Source: Hydrolagus colliei (Eukaryota). From it: a stretch of 64,000 nt of DNA. The notes beneath the pieces are model-generated. The model was given only the letters and a program-made list of their open reading frames with translations, had not been told where the DNA came from and made no database searches. Within the stretch, counting starts at the first letter, position 1. Each line of letters opens with the position of its first letter. The stretch is from the NCBI GenBank assembly GCA_035084275.1, contig CM068773.1, positions 1,798,001 through 1,862,000 of the forward strand, given 5' to 3'. A program made the position numbers and the translations under genes. Below, piece after piece: positions 10,525-20,772 of the stretch.

Positions 10525-13500
10525 ATGGCACTGCGGATAGGTTCCCTGAACGTTAAGAGCGTTAAAAATTCCAAGCGTTGCGTAGCGACGCTTCAGGGCC
10601 TATCCAGAGTCAAGGCCGATATTCTGTTTCTGCAGGAGTGCTGGATTCCACACTCCAACAGTTACAGAACTTGGGCAAAGTGGTGGGACCCCTACGGACC
10701 CTCTGTGTGGTCAGGGGGAAATGACACCCGGGCATCGGGTGTGGCGGTCCTACTGAGAGGGAAAAACCTCACCATCACCGACTATAAGGAGGTGGTGGGG
10801 GGCAGAATCCTTGTGGTGGATGTGACGTACAATGAAGCCCCGATTAGGCTCATTAATGTGTACGCTCCATCAAAGAGGAAGGACCAGGTGGCCCTTTTCC
10901 GGATGCTACCTCCCTGGCTGCTTACACCCAAACCAGTCATCCTGGGAGGAGATTTTAATTGTATTCTGGAGAGAGACGGGAGATCAACCAGATCTGATGG
11001 GGAGTTAAGGGCTGCGTCCAAGCTGCTCCAAAAAGTGGTTGCAGATGGACGTTTGAGTGACGTTTTCAAGGCTCCAGATGATGGGGCCCCCAAACGATTC
11101 ACCTATTCTAACCCCAGTGGGTCGGTCTTCTCACGAATAGATTTTCTATTCGTATCGAGAAGACTAGAAGTGACTAAGACTGAAGTGAGGCCGGCGTCCC
11201 TTACCGACCATCGCCTCCTGCTGACGAACTTACTAGTTCACGGAAGCACGAGGAGGGGTCGAGGGACGTGGAAGCTGAACGTAAAGCTTTTGACCCGTAA
11301 GAATGTAGAGGAGTTGCGGAAGGAGTACCGAGGGTGGAAAACCTTGAGGGACTTCTGTGACTCCTCTACAGAATGGTGGGAAATGGTGAAGAGTAGAATC
11401 AAAGAATTCTTTGTCCGAAAAGGGGTTCAATTGGCAAAGGCCACGAACCGGGAAAGAGAGAGACTGCAGAAGGAGTTGCAAAAGCTCCTAAAGCAGCAGC
11501 TAGAAGGTATAGAGGTTAGGGAGGCAATTAAAGAGGTGAGAGACCAGCAAGGAGTGCTGCTCGCCTCGGAAGCCTCCAAGATCTTTTTCCGCTCCAGAGT
11601 GCGCACGATAGAACAAGACGAGAAGTGTACTAGCTTCTTCTTCCGGAAAGTGAACAGAGGTAGCTCTGTGATTTCCGGGTTGAAGGATAGAGACGACTCT
11701 GTGTGCACAGAACAGGAAGACATGAGGAGGATCGCAAGATCCTTCTATGAGGACCTGTACCGCGAGAAAGCCACGGAGAGCATGGCCACTCGGGATTTTC
11801 TCTCTGCCCTCACCGAAGTGGTGGACGAGGGGAGTCGAGAACACCTGGATCGGCCGCTCTCGTTTGAAGAGCTGACCAAGACGGTAGGTTCCCTCAGGAC
11901 AGGTAAGACCCCGGGGAGCGATGGCCTCCCGGTGGAACTGTACTTAGTCCTGTGGGACGTGATCGGACCGGTCCTCCTGGAAGTGTACGAGAGTATGCTT
12001 CAAGAAGGAACCATGGCAGACTCGATGAGGAAAGGTAACATCACCTTGATCTATAAAGAGAAAGGCAAGAAGGCGGATTTAAAGAACTGGAGACCTATAT
12101 CTCTATTAAACGTAGACTATAAGATCTTAGCAAAGGTGATCTCAGAGAGGATGAAGACTGTCATGGAGCAGGTAATTCACCCCGATCAGACCTGCGCGGT
12201 GCCAGGCCGGAGGATCTCTGACAACCTTGGGTTGTTAAGGGATACCATCGCCTACGTGCAGGAGAGAGGGGGGAAGACCTGCCTCATCAGTCTGGACCAA
12301 GAGAAAGCTTTTGACCGAGTATCTCATGACTATATGTATGAGGTACTTGCCAAAATGGGTTTCGGACAAAGAATTCGCGATTGGGTCCACCTGCTCTACA
12401 GAGATATCTGCAGTGCAGTGATGGTTAATGGGAACGAAACGCTGCCCTTCCCCGTCAGGTCGGGAGTAAGACAGGGGTGCCCCCTCTCCCCTATCCTGTT
12501 TGTCTGTTGCATCGAGCCCTTTGCACAGGCAATCAGGAGGGAGCAGAACATCAAAGGCGTCATCATCCCGGGCAGCCAAGGCATGCAAGCCAAGGTGTCC
12601 TTGTATATGGATGATGTTACGGTCTTTTGCTCAGATCACCGATCGATTGAGAGCCTGATGGGTATCTGCAATCTGTTTGAACGGGCTTCGGGTGCCAAAG
12701 TGAATCGCCAAAAAAGTGAGGTGATGTACTTTGGCAACTGGCAAGACCGGGCGAAGGTACCTTTTGAGGTAAAACCAGAGTACATTAAAATCTTAGGCAT
12801 CTGGTTTGGGGCCGCTGGGGCAAGGGGGAAGAACTGGGAGATGGCAATAGCGCAAATTAGGGGACGGTTGAAGCAGTGGCAGGAACGCACGCTTTCAATC
12901 ACTGGGAAGAACCTGGTGATTAAGTGTGAGGCGATCTCTGGATTACTGTACGTGGCGCAAGTTTGGCCCTTGACCAAACGCAGCGCCACCGCAGTCACCA
13001 GAGCTATCTTTAGGTTTGTCTGGAGCTCTGGGATGGATCGTGTCCGCAGGGACGCCATGTACAAGACCCCAGACAAAGGAGGGAAGGGTGTCCCTGATGT
13101 AGCCAGGACTATCATGGCCACCTTTGTGTGTGGCTGCGTGAGGGTCTGCCAGGAGCCAAGATATGAAGGCACTGCGTGCAGATATATGCTGGGCTTCTAT
13201 CTGTACCCAGTGCTAAGAAGGTTAGGTTTGGCTGAGCTGCCACGGAACGCCCCTCTGGGTTGGAATGTCCCGAGATACCTGGGGGAGATCGAGACATTCC
13301 TATCCGAGAACAGGGTGGATCCCTCTGAAGTTCCCAGGTGGACACCACGGACGGTGTTAGACATCATCCGAGAGAGAGAGGTGGACGAAACTTTGGTAGG
13401 GTACCCTCCGTTGACCGTTAGTCACATCTGGGAGAACGTTTCATCCCCAGCTCTGACTAACAAACACCAGGATGTGGCCTGGATGACGGTCAAGAGAGTT

Positions 13501-13929
13501 CTTGGACTCAAGAGCTTTCTGACAAGAAGAGGCTTAGTGCAGTCAGAGAGTTGCCCTCGGGAGGGCTGTGGAGGGAAGGAGAATGAGGAACATCTGTTCC
13601 TGCATTGTGCCTTTGCCAAACAGGTGTGGAACAAGACAGAGTGGCTTCTCTCGCGGTTCATCCCGGGAGTCCCTCTGTCAGCCCACTCGGTGTTGTATGG
13701 CCTCTTCCCAGGAACACACGAAGTGACCGACCTACAATGTGCCTGGAGGGTCATCAACTCGGTCAAGCAGGCCCTATGGGTCTGCCGCAACCGAGAGACC
13801 TCCGGACATGGAAATAGGTCAGTGTCGGCCTGTTACAGGAGGGCGATGGTAAGTGTCCGGGAATATGTCATCAGGGACGCCCTGGAGATAGGTTCAGTCG
13901 AGGCTAAGGATAGGTGGGGTGTGTTTTAG
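10525..13929 (+). CDS. Tx1 ORF2 (APE-RT), 1134 aa
   Basis: Same motifs as copy 2; intact. Confidence 0.95.
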   Translation: MALRIGSLNVKSVKNSKRCVATLQGLSRVKADILFLQECWIPHSNSYRTWAKWWDPYGPSVWSGGNDTRASGVAVLLRGKNLTITDYKEVVGGRILVVDVTYNEAPIRLINVYAPSKRKDQVALFRMLPPWLLTPKPVILGGDFNCILERDGRSTRSDGELRAASKLLQKVVADGRLSDVFKAPDDGAPKRFTYSNPSGSVFSRIDFLFVSRRLEVTKTEVRPASLTDHRLLLTNLLVHGSTRRGRGTWKLNVKLLTRKNVEELRKEYRGWKTLRDFCDSSTEWWEMVKSRIKEFFVRKGVQLAKATNRERERLQKELQKLLKQQLEGIEVREAIKEVRDQQGVLLASEASKIFFRSRVRTIEQDEKCTSFFFRKVNRGSSVISGLKDRDDSVCTEQEDMRRIARSFYEDLYREKATESMATRDFLSALTEVVDEGSREHLDRPLSFEELTKTVGSLRTGKTPGSDGLPVELYLVLWDVIGPVLLEVYESMLQEGTMADSMRKGNITLIYKEKGKKADLKNWRPISLLNVDYKILAKVISERMKTVMEQVIHPDQTCAVPGRRISDNLGLLRDTIAYVQERGGKTCLISLDQEKAFDRVSHDYMYEVLAKMGFGQRIRDWVHLLYRDICSAVMVNGNETLPFPVRSGVRQGCPLSPILFVCCIEPFAQAIRREQNIKGVIIPGSQGMQAKVSLYMDDVTVFCSDHRSIESLMGICNLFERASGAKVNRQKSEVMYFGNWQDRAKVPFEVKPEYIKILGIWFGAAGARGKNWEMAIAQIRGRLKQWQERTLSITGKNLVIKCEAISGLLYVAQVWPLTKRSATAVTRAIFRFVWSSGMDRVRRDAMYKTPDKGGKGVPDVARTIMATFVCGCVRVCQEPRYEGTACRYMLGFYLYPVLRRLGLAELPRNAPLGWNVPRYLGEIETFLSENRVDPSEVPRWTPRTVLDIIREREVDETLVGYPPLTVSHIWENVSSPALTNKHQDVAWMTVKRVLGLKSFLTRRGLVQSESCPREGCGGKENEEHLFLHCAFAKQVWNKTEWLLSRFIPGVPLSAHSVLYGLFPGTHEVTDLQCAWRVINSVKQALWVCRNRETSGHGNRSVSACYRRAMVSVREYVIRDALEIGSVEAKDRWGVF

Positions 13930-14480
13930 TATGCCACTGCTTAGAACGTCAGGGATACTATCCGCAGTGCTTGTGGGGGGACGCTCGACCTGTAACCAGA
14001 GAGTGTCCCCAAGTGAAGGGTTTCTTTTGTAGATGCCTCTCCCCATAAAGGGGAGAGCATCGGTGGGTGTGTTTTTTTCCCAAATGTCTGTTTCTGTTTT
14101 TTTTGGCCTACCATCCGGTAAGGAAAGGATGGTGGAGCTGGGATTAGCCCCTTTGTAACTGCTCCCTGTAAAAAAAGGCAGCAGTGCAGAGAAACGAGGA
14201 GGCCTGACATAAGGAAATGTGGGGATTAGGCGTTTTTGTGTCGAGAACGACAGGTTTTTTGTTTTTTTCTCCACAAAGACGGTGGAAGGGTTGGTTTTGT
14301 TGGGAGTGGTGATTGGGTTGGTTTTTCTGTTCCGCGTGGTTACTGAGTCAAGGCCGATGCGGAATGTCACGGGAAAAAGGATTTAGGCGATTTAGATGTC
14401 ACGGGGAAGGTTTAAAAAAACAAATCTATATGTTTTTAACAAAAAATAAATATATTTGTTTAAAAAAAAAAAAAAAAAAA

Positions 14481-14510
14481 TGCAGAGGAAGTAATTTGTG
14501 CCTTAGAGTG
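14481..14510 (+). repeat. Target-site sequence between copies 3 and 4 (30 bp, TGCAGAGGAAGTAATTTGTGCCTTAGAGTG)
   Basis: Last 19 bp identical to 21326-21344. Confidence 0.9.
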
Positions 14511-14700
14511 GAATCGAGCAGAGAGAGCTACGGACGGTGTGAGTATTGGTTTGTTTGTGGTGGACGCGGCAGGAGAGTTTGGTTTGAATTATTGTTTATT
14601 TTGGGGCTAAGAGAGAGTAGGTGGTTTTGTTGGGTTTGTGGTGGTGTGGGGGGGTGATTCCCTTCTTCCTTCTTCCTGGCGAGGGGCTTTGGGCCCGGCC

Positions 14701-17358
14701 ATGGGAAGAAAGAACAAGGAAATGAAGGGGAAAAAAGAGGCGGAGGGCGAGAGCAGTTTGGAAAAAGGAGAGGCAATGGAGAACTCTAGTGGGAGAGTGC
14801 AGAAGGAGAGAACAGAGAGCAGAGAGAAGGGGGACAGCAGGGGAGAGGGGGGAGAGGGAGGCAATGAAAGAAGAGGGAGAGAAATCAAACGAGGGGAGAG
14901 AACAGGAGGGAAGGAGGCAAGGGAGAGTGGGGAAAAGGGGGAGGAGGTGGGGGTCAAGCCAGTAGTTAAGGAGGGGAAAACCCTGGGGCAACAGGTCAGG
15001 TCGAAATCCGTGGGGGGTTTCAGCGAGGCCGGTGCGGGAAGCCTGTTTGGGGGGGTGAGAAGGCAGTTACTGGCGGTGGGAAGCCATGTTGGGGGGGAGA
15101 GAAGCGGGGAGGCAGCAACGGCGGGAAGCCGAGTGGCCGTGGTAGGAAGCAGTGGGGATAAGGAGACAAGGCCTATACCGGCGACGGGAAGCCGTGCGGC
15201 CGTGGTGGGAGGCCGTGGGGACAAGGAGACAAGGCCTATACCGGCGACGGGAAGCCGTGTGGCCGTGGTGGGAGGCCGTGGGGATAAGGAGTCAAAGCCT
15301 ACCCCGGCGACGGAAAGCCGTAAGGCCGGGGTGGGAGGCCGTGTGGGTAAGGCGACAAGGCCTCTACCGGCGGCGCGAAGCTGTAGTGGGGGGGAGAGAA
15401 GCGGGGAGGCGGCTAAGGCAGGAAGCCGTGAGGGGGGGGTGGCGGAGAGAAACGGGGAGGCAGCAGCGGCGGGAAGCCGGGGGGGAAACGAGACAAGACC
15501 GGTACCGGCGGCGGGAAGAAGTAACGCGGTGGCGGGAAGCGGTGAGGCCGGGGTGGGTAACCGGGAGCCAGGAGCAAGAGGTCGGGAGGTAGCGGCGGGA
15601 AGCCGGAAAGAAGAGAATGAAGTTTGTGAGGCCGCGGCGGGAAGCGGTGAGAGACAAACGAGCGGAACCGTGGAGGTAAGCCACGAAACCACGGGGGGGT
15701 CCCGGGAGGCTGCACAGGCAGGAGTAGGGACACAAAAAGGCGCAGAGAGCGAAGCGAGGAAGGCTGAGAGGGTGGAGAAGACTAGAGACGGAGAGACCAG
15801 GGAGAGCAGAGGGGGGAGAACCCCCAGCACCGAGGCCGGAGGAGAGGCAGGGAGGAAAGAGCCCAGCCCCCCGGAAATGACGGAGGCGGGGCCAAAGAAG
15901 GCAGCAGAGGGAGGACCGGAAGTAGTAGCTCCCCCTAGTGGGGAGAAGGCTTCCACAAGTCAGGGAAAGGCAGGCCCCATAACTTATGCATCAGCGGTGG
16001 CGGCAAAAAAGGGGGGCCCAAAGGAAGACCCAAAGGGGAAAGACCCCAAAAGGGAAAGAAAGGATGCGGAAGTATACATAAAAGACACCGTACTCTTTCG
16101 GGTAAAGGAGAACAGAAAAATGGATAGGAAAACCTTTATAAGGGAAGTACTGATCCAAATATGCGGAAGCACCAAGGAAAAAATGAGGTGCGTTTACGAG
16201 GACGGGGAAAAGAGAAGGTACGAGGTCACATGTACCTCGTACGACGAGGCAGTGAAACTGAAAACAGTGGCACTGCAGAACCAGGGGAATGAACTGATGT
16301 CAGCCTATGAGGTGACAACGGCATTCCAAGAAAGACAGAGGCAGGAGAGGAGAGCCGTGGTTAGAATGAGCGACCCGCAAGTGCCGGCGTCGGAAATCAG
16401 GTTATATCTTAACAGGCAGTGTGAGGAGATCCAGTCGATCTCCGAAATACTGGAAGACGGGATCTGGACATCCGAATGGGAAGTCCTTCTGAAATTGGGG
16501 AGGAAAGGAGAGGGTAATGTGGTACATATCCCCTCCCGTTTCACCATTGGGAGTTTCAGGGGAACTATTTTTTACCCTGGACAACCCCGAGCATGCCTAA
16601 GATGTGGGCAAGTGGGGCATTACGTGGCAGCCTGCACACAAACAATGTGCTGGAACTGCAAGGGACTGGGACATGTGGCTAAGGAGTGCACATTGGGTAA
16701 GAGATGTGACCTATGTGGAGAAACAGGTCACCTCTACCGCACGTGCCCACAAAGAAGGGGGTCTAAAATAATGCAAAGCCGGGAGGTTGGGAGACAGGAA
16801 GGGAGAAAGGAGTCAGGGGAAGGGAAAGGACAGGACGAGGAACTGGGTGGGGAAGTTTTGGGGGGGGTAGAGATACCCTTGGAGAGGAGGGAGTGTGAGT
16901 CAGGACGCACCGGTGGGGAGGAAATGGACACTTTGGACAATTCCAAACGGGACAGAGAAACCTGGCAGGTAGTCGGGAAAAGTAGCCGGAAAAAAAAGGG
17001 GATACAACTCAAAAGAAGCGGCTATGATAGTGATAGTGACGGAGGAAAGAGGAGGGAGAAAGGAGGGAGAAAGGAGGGAGAAAGGAGGAAGGAACCCCTG
17101 CCCCCCCCCCCAAAAAGGCAGCTGATGGAGGTGGTGGAGGTAGTGGAAAAAACCTCAAAGAAAGGGAAAGAGACTAAAGAGACAGAAAAAGGAGAAGAAC
17201 TTGGGAGGACCCCTGAACCTGAACCCGAAGCAGGGAAGACGCCGGAGGAGACGGAAAAGAGGACAAACAACCCAACCAAGACGGGAGACAACCCCGGAGG
17301 AGATGGAGAGGAAAAAGGACTGGAACAGATGGAAGAGGGGGGAAACGGGCGAGTATAA
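14701..17358 (+). CDS. Tx1 ORF1 (low-complexity N-terminus, YASAV motif, 3x CCHC knuckle; ZCCHC3-like architecture)
   Basis: ATG in GCCATGG context at 14701; open to TAA at 17358. Confidence 0.9.
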   Translation: MGRKNKEMKGKKEAEGESSLEKGEAMENSSGRVQKERTESREKGDSRGEGGEGGNERRGREIKRGERTGGKEARESGEKGEEVGVKPVVKEGKTLGQQVRSKSVGGFSEAGAGSLFGGVRRQLLAVGSHVGGERSGEAATAGSRVAVVGSSGDKETRPIPATGSRAAVVGGRGDKETRPIPATGSRVAVVGGRGDKESKPTPATESRKAGVGGRVGKATRPLPAARSCSGGERSGEAAKAGSREGGVAERNGEAAAAGSRGGNETRPVPAAGRSNAVAGSGEAGVGNREPGARGREVAAGSRKEENEVCEAAAGSGERQTSGTVEVSHETTGGSREAAQAGVGTQKGAESEARKAERVEKTRDGETRESRGGRTPSTEAGGEAGRKEPSPPEMTEAGPKKAAEGGPEVVAPPSGEKASTSQGKAGPITYASAVAAKKGGPKEDPKGKDPKRERKDAEVYIKDTVLFRVKENRKMDRKTFIREVLIQICGSTKEKMRCVYEDGEKRRYEVTCTSYDEAVKLKTVALQNQGNELMSAYEVTTAFQERQRQERRAVVRMSDPQVPASEIRLYLNRQCEEIQSISEILEDGIWTSEWEVLLKLGRKGEGNVVHIPSRFTIGSFRGTIFYPGQPRACLRCGQVGHYVAACTQTMCWNCKGLGHVAKECTLGKRCDLCGETGHLYRTCPQRRGSKIMQSREVGRQEGRKESGEGKGQDEELGGEVLGGVEIPLERRECESGRTGGEEMDTLDNSKRDRETWQVVGKSSRKKKGIQLKRSGYDSDSDGGKRREKGGRKEGERRKEPLPPPPKRQLMEVVEVVEKTSKKGKETKETEKGEELGRTPEPEPEAGKTPEETEKRTNNPTKTGDNPGGDGEEKGLEQMEEGGNGRV

Positions 17359-17367
17359 AAAATGTAA

Positions 17368-20300
17368 ATGGCACTGCGGATAGGTTCCCTGAACGTTAAG
17401 AGCGTTAAAAATTCCAAGCGTTGCGTAGCGACGCTTCAGGGCCTATCCAGAGTCAAGGCCGATATTCTGTTTCTGCAGGAGTGCTGGATTCCACACTCCA
17501 ACAGTTACAGAACTTGGGCAAAGTGGTGGGACCCCTACGGACCCTCTGTGTGGTCAGGGGGAAATGACACCCGGGCATCGGGTGTGGCGGTCCTACTGAG
17601 AGGGAAAAACCTCACCATCACCGACTATAAGGAGGTGGTGGGGGGCAGAATCCTTGTGGTGGATGTGACGTACAATGAAGCCCCGATTAGGCTCATTAAT
17701 GTGTACGCTCCATCAAAGAGGAAGGACCAGGTGGCCCTTTTCCGGATGCTACCTCCCTGGCTGCTTACACCCAAACCAGTCATCCTGGGAGGAGATTTTA
17801 ATTGTATTCTGGAGAGAGACGGGAGATCAACCAGATCTGATGGGGAGTTAAGGGCTGCGTCCAAGCTGCTCCAAAAAGTGGTTGCAGATGGACGTTTGAG
17901 TGACGTTTTCAAGGCTCCAGATGATGGGGCCCCCAAACGATTCACCTATTCTAACCCCAGTGGGTCGGTCTTCTCACGAATAGATTTTCTATTCGTATCG
18001 AGAAGACTAGAAGTGACTAAGACTGAAGTGAGGCCGGCGTCCCTTACCGACCATCGCCTCCTGCTGACGAACTTACTAGTTGACGGAAGCACGAGGAGGG
18101 GTCGAGGGACGTGGAAGCTGAACGTAAAGCTTTTGACCCGTAAGAATGTAGAGGAGTTGCGGAAGGAGTACCGAGGGTGGAAAACCTTGAGGGACTTCTG
18201 TGACTCCTCTACAGAATGGTGGGAAATGGTGAAGAGTAGAATCAAAGAATTCTTTGTCCGAAAAGGGGTTCAATTGGCAAAGGCCACGAACCGGGAAAGA
18301 GAGAGACTGCAGAAGGAGTTGCAAAAGCTCCTAAAGCAGCAGCTAGAAGGTATAGAGGTTAGGGAGGCAATTAAAGAGGTGAGAGACCAGCAAGGAGTGC
18401 TGCTCGCCTCGGAAGCCTCCAAGATCTTTTTCCGCTCCAGAGTGCGCACGATAGAACAAGACGAGAAGTGTACTAGCTTCTTCTTCCGGAAAGTGAACAG
18501 AGGTAGCTCTGTGATTTCCGGGTTGAAGGATAGAGACGACTCTGTGTGCACAGAACAGGAAGACATGAGGAGGATCGCAAGATCCTTCTATGAGGACCTG
18601 TACCGCGAGAAAGCCACGGAGAGCATGGCCACTCGGGATTTTCTCTCTGCCCTCACCGAAGTGGTGGACGAGGGGAGTCGAGAACACCTGGATCGGCCGC
18701 TCTCGTTTGAAGAGCTGACCAAGACGGTAGGTTCCCTCAGGACAGGTAAGACCCCGGGGAGCGATGGCCTCCCGGTGGAACTGTACTTAGTCCTGTGGGA
18801 CGTGATCGGACCGGTCCTCCTGGAAGTGTACGAGAGTATGCTTCAAGAAGGAACCATGGCAGACTCGATGAGGAAAGGTAACATCACCTTGATCTATAAA
18901 GAGAAAGGCAAGAAGGCGGATTTAAAGAACTGGAGACCTATATCTCTATTAAACGTAGACTATAAGATCTTAGCAAAGGTGATCTCAGAGAGGATGAAGA
19001 CTGTCATGGAGCAGGTAATTCACCCCGATCAGACCTGCGCGGTGCCAGGCCGGAGGATCTCTGACAACCTTGGGTTGTTAAGGGATACCATCGCCTACGT
19101 GCAGGAGAGAGGGGGGAAGACCTGCCTCATCAGTCTGGACCAAGAGAAAGCTTTTGACCGAGTATCTCATGACTATATGTATGAGGTACTTGCCAAAATG
19201 GGTTTCGGACAAAGAATTCGCGATTGGGTCCACCTGCTCTACAGAGATATCTGCAGTGCAGTGATGGTTAATGGGAACGAAACGCTGCCCTTCCCCGTCA
19301 GGTCGGGAGTAAGACAGGGGTGCCCCCTCTCCCCTATCCTGTTTGTCTGTTGCATCGAGCCCTTTGCACAGGCAATCAGGAGGGAGCAGAACATCAAAGG
19401 CGTCATCATCCCGGGCAGCCAAGGCATGCAAGCCAAGGTGTCCTTGTATATGGATGATGTTACGGTCTTTTGCTCAGATCACCGATCGATTGAGAGCCTG
19501 ATGGGTATCTGCAATCTGTTTGAACGGGCTTCGGGTGCCAAAGTGAATCGCCAAAAAAGTGAGGTGATGTATTTTGGCAACTGGCAAGACCGGGCGAAGG
19601 TACCTTTTGAGGTAAAACCAGAGTACATTAAAATCTTAGGCATCTGGTTTGGGGCCGCTGGGGCAAGGGGGAAGAACTGGGAGATGGCAATAGCGCAAAT
19701 TAGGGGACGGTTGAAGCAGTGGCAGGAACGCACGCTTTCAATCACTGGGAAGAACCTGGTGATTAAGTGTGAGGCGATCTCTGGATTACTGTACGTGGCG
19801 CAAGTTTGGCCCTTGACCAAACGCAGCGCCACCGCAGTCACCAGAGCTATCTTTAGGTTTGTCTGGAGCTCTGGGATGGATCGTGTCCGCAGGGACGCCA
19901 TGTACAAGACCCCAGACAAAGGAGGGAAGGGTGTCCCTGATGTAGCCAGGACTATCATGGCCACCTTTGTGTGTGGCTGCGTGAGGGTCTGCCAGGAGCC
20001 AAGATATGAAGGCACTGCGTGCAGATATATGCTGGGCTTCTATCTGTACCCAGTGCTAAGAAGGTTAGGTTTGGCTGAGCTGCCACGGAACGCCCCTCTG
20101 GGTTGGAATGTCCCGAGATACCTGGGGGAGATCGAGACATTCCTATCCGAGAACAGGGTGGATCCCTCTGAAGTTCCCAGGTGGACACCACGGACGGTGT
20201 TAGACATCATCCGAGAGAGAGAGGTGGACGAAACTTTGGTAGGGTACCCTCCGTTGACCGTTAGTCACATCTGGGAGAACGTTTCATCCCCAGCTCTGAC

Positions 20301-20772
20301 TAACAAACACCAGGATGTGGCCTGGATGACGGTCAAGAGAGTTCTTGGACTCAAGAGCTTTCTGACAAGAAGAGGCTTAGTGCAGTCAGAGAGTTGCCCT
20401 CGGGAGGGCTGTGGAGGGAAGGAGAATGAGGAACATCTGTTCCTGCATTGTGCCTTTGCCAAACAGGTGTGGAACAAGACAGAGTGGCTTCTCTCGCGGT
20501 TCATCCCGGGAGTCCCTCTGTCAGCCCACTCGGTGTTGTATGGCCTCTTCCCAGGAACACACGAAGTGACCGACCTACAATGTGCCTGGAGGGTCATCAA
20601 CTCGGTCAAGCAGGCCCTATGGGTCTGCCGCAACCGAGAGACCTCCGGACATGGAAATAGGTCAGTGTCGGCCTGTTACAGGAGGGCGATGGTAAGTGTC
20701 CGGGAATATGTCATCAGGGACGCCCTGGAGATAGGCTCGGTCGAGGCTAAGGATAGGTGGGGTGTGTTTTAG
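17368..20772 (+). CDS. Tx1 ORF2 (APE-RT), 1134 aa
   Basis: Intact; differs from the other copies by 1-2 aa. Confidence 0.95.
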   Translation: MALRIGSLNVKSVKNSKRCVATLQGLSRVKADILFLQECWIPHSNSYRTWAKWWDPYGPSVWSGGNDTRASGVAVLLRGKNLTITDYKEVVGGRILVVDVTYNEAPIRLINVYAPSKRKDQVALFRMLPPWLLTPKPVILGGDFNCILERDGRSTRSDGELRAASKLLQKVVADGRLSDVFKAPDDGAPKRFTYSNPSGSVFSRIDFLFVSRRLEVTKTEVRPASLTDHRLLLTNLLVDGSTRRGRGTWKLNVKLLTRKNVEELRKEYRGWKTLRDFCDSSTEWWEMVKSRIKEFFVRKGVQLAKATNRERERLQKELQKLLKQQLEGIEVREAIKEVRDQQGVLLASEASKIFFRSRVRTIEQDEKCTSFFFRKVNRGSSVISGLKDRDDSVCTEQEDMRRIARSFYEDLYREKATESMATRDFLSALTEVVDEGSREHLDRPLSFEELTKTVGSLRTGKTPGSDGLPVELYLVLWDVIGPVLLEVYESMLQEGTMADSMRKGNITLIYKEKGKKADLKNWRPISLLNVDYKILAKVISERMKTVMEQVIHPDQTCAVPGRRISDNLGLLRDTIAYVQERGGKTCLISLDQEKAFDRVSHDYMYEVLAKMGFGQRIRDWVHLLYRDICSAVMVNGNETLPFPVRSGVRQGCPLSPILFVCCIEPFAQAIRREQNIKGVIIPGSQGMQAKVSLYMDDVTVFCSDHRSIESLMGICNLFERASGAKVNRQKSEVMYFGNWQDRAKVPFEVKPEYIKILGIWFGAAGARGKNWEMAIAQIRGRLKQWQERTLSITGKNLVIKCEAISGLLYVAQVWPLTKRSATAVTRAIFRFVWSSGMDRVRRDAMYKTPDKGGKGVPDVARTIMATFVCGCVRVCQEPRYEGTACRYMLGFYLYPVLRRLGLAELPRNAPLGWNVPRYLGEIETFLSENRVDPSEVPRWTPRTVLDIIREREVDETLVGYPPLTVSHIWENVSSPALTNKHQDVAWMTVKRVLGLKSFLTRRGLVQSESCPREGCGGKENEEHLFLHCAFAKQVWNKTEWLLSRFIPGVPLSAHSVLYGLFPGTHEVTDLQCAWRVINSVKQALWVCRNRETSGHGNRSVSACYRRAMVSVREYVIRDALEIGSVEAKDRWGVF

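Larger units (their letters stand above)
7743..14480 (+). mobile_element. Tx1-clade retrotransposon, copy 3 (full length)
   Basis: 5' end GAATCGAGCAG, 190-nt G/T-rich 5' UTR, ORF1, ORF2, 3' UTR, poly(A). Confidence 0.95.

Noticed and set aside
14638-14700. GTG-initiated extension of ORF1 in the ORF track
   Set aside because: ATG at 14701 has a strong Kozak context; upstream sequence is better read as 5' UTR
7839-15956. Long antisense ORFs (428 and 449 aa) opposite ORF1
   Set aside because: Shadows of purine-rich, repetitive ORF1 sequence; no recognisable domain
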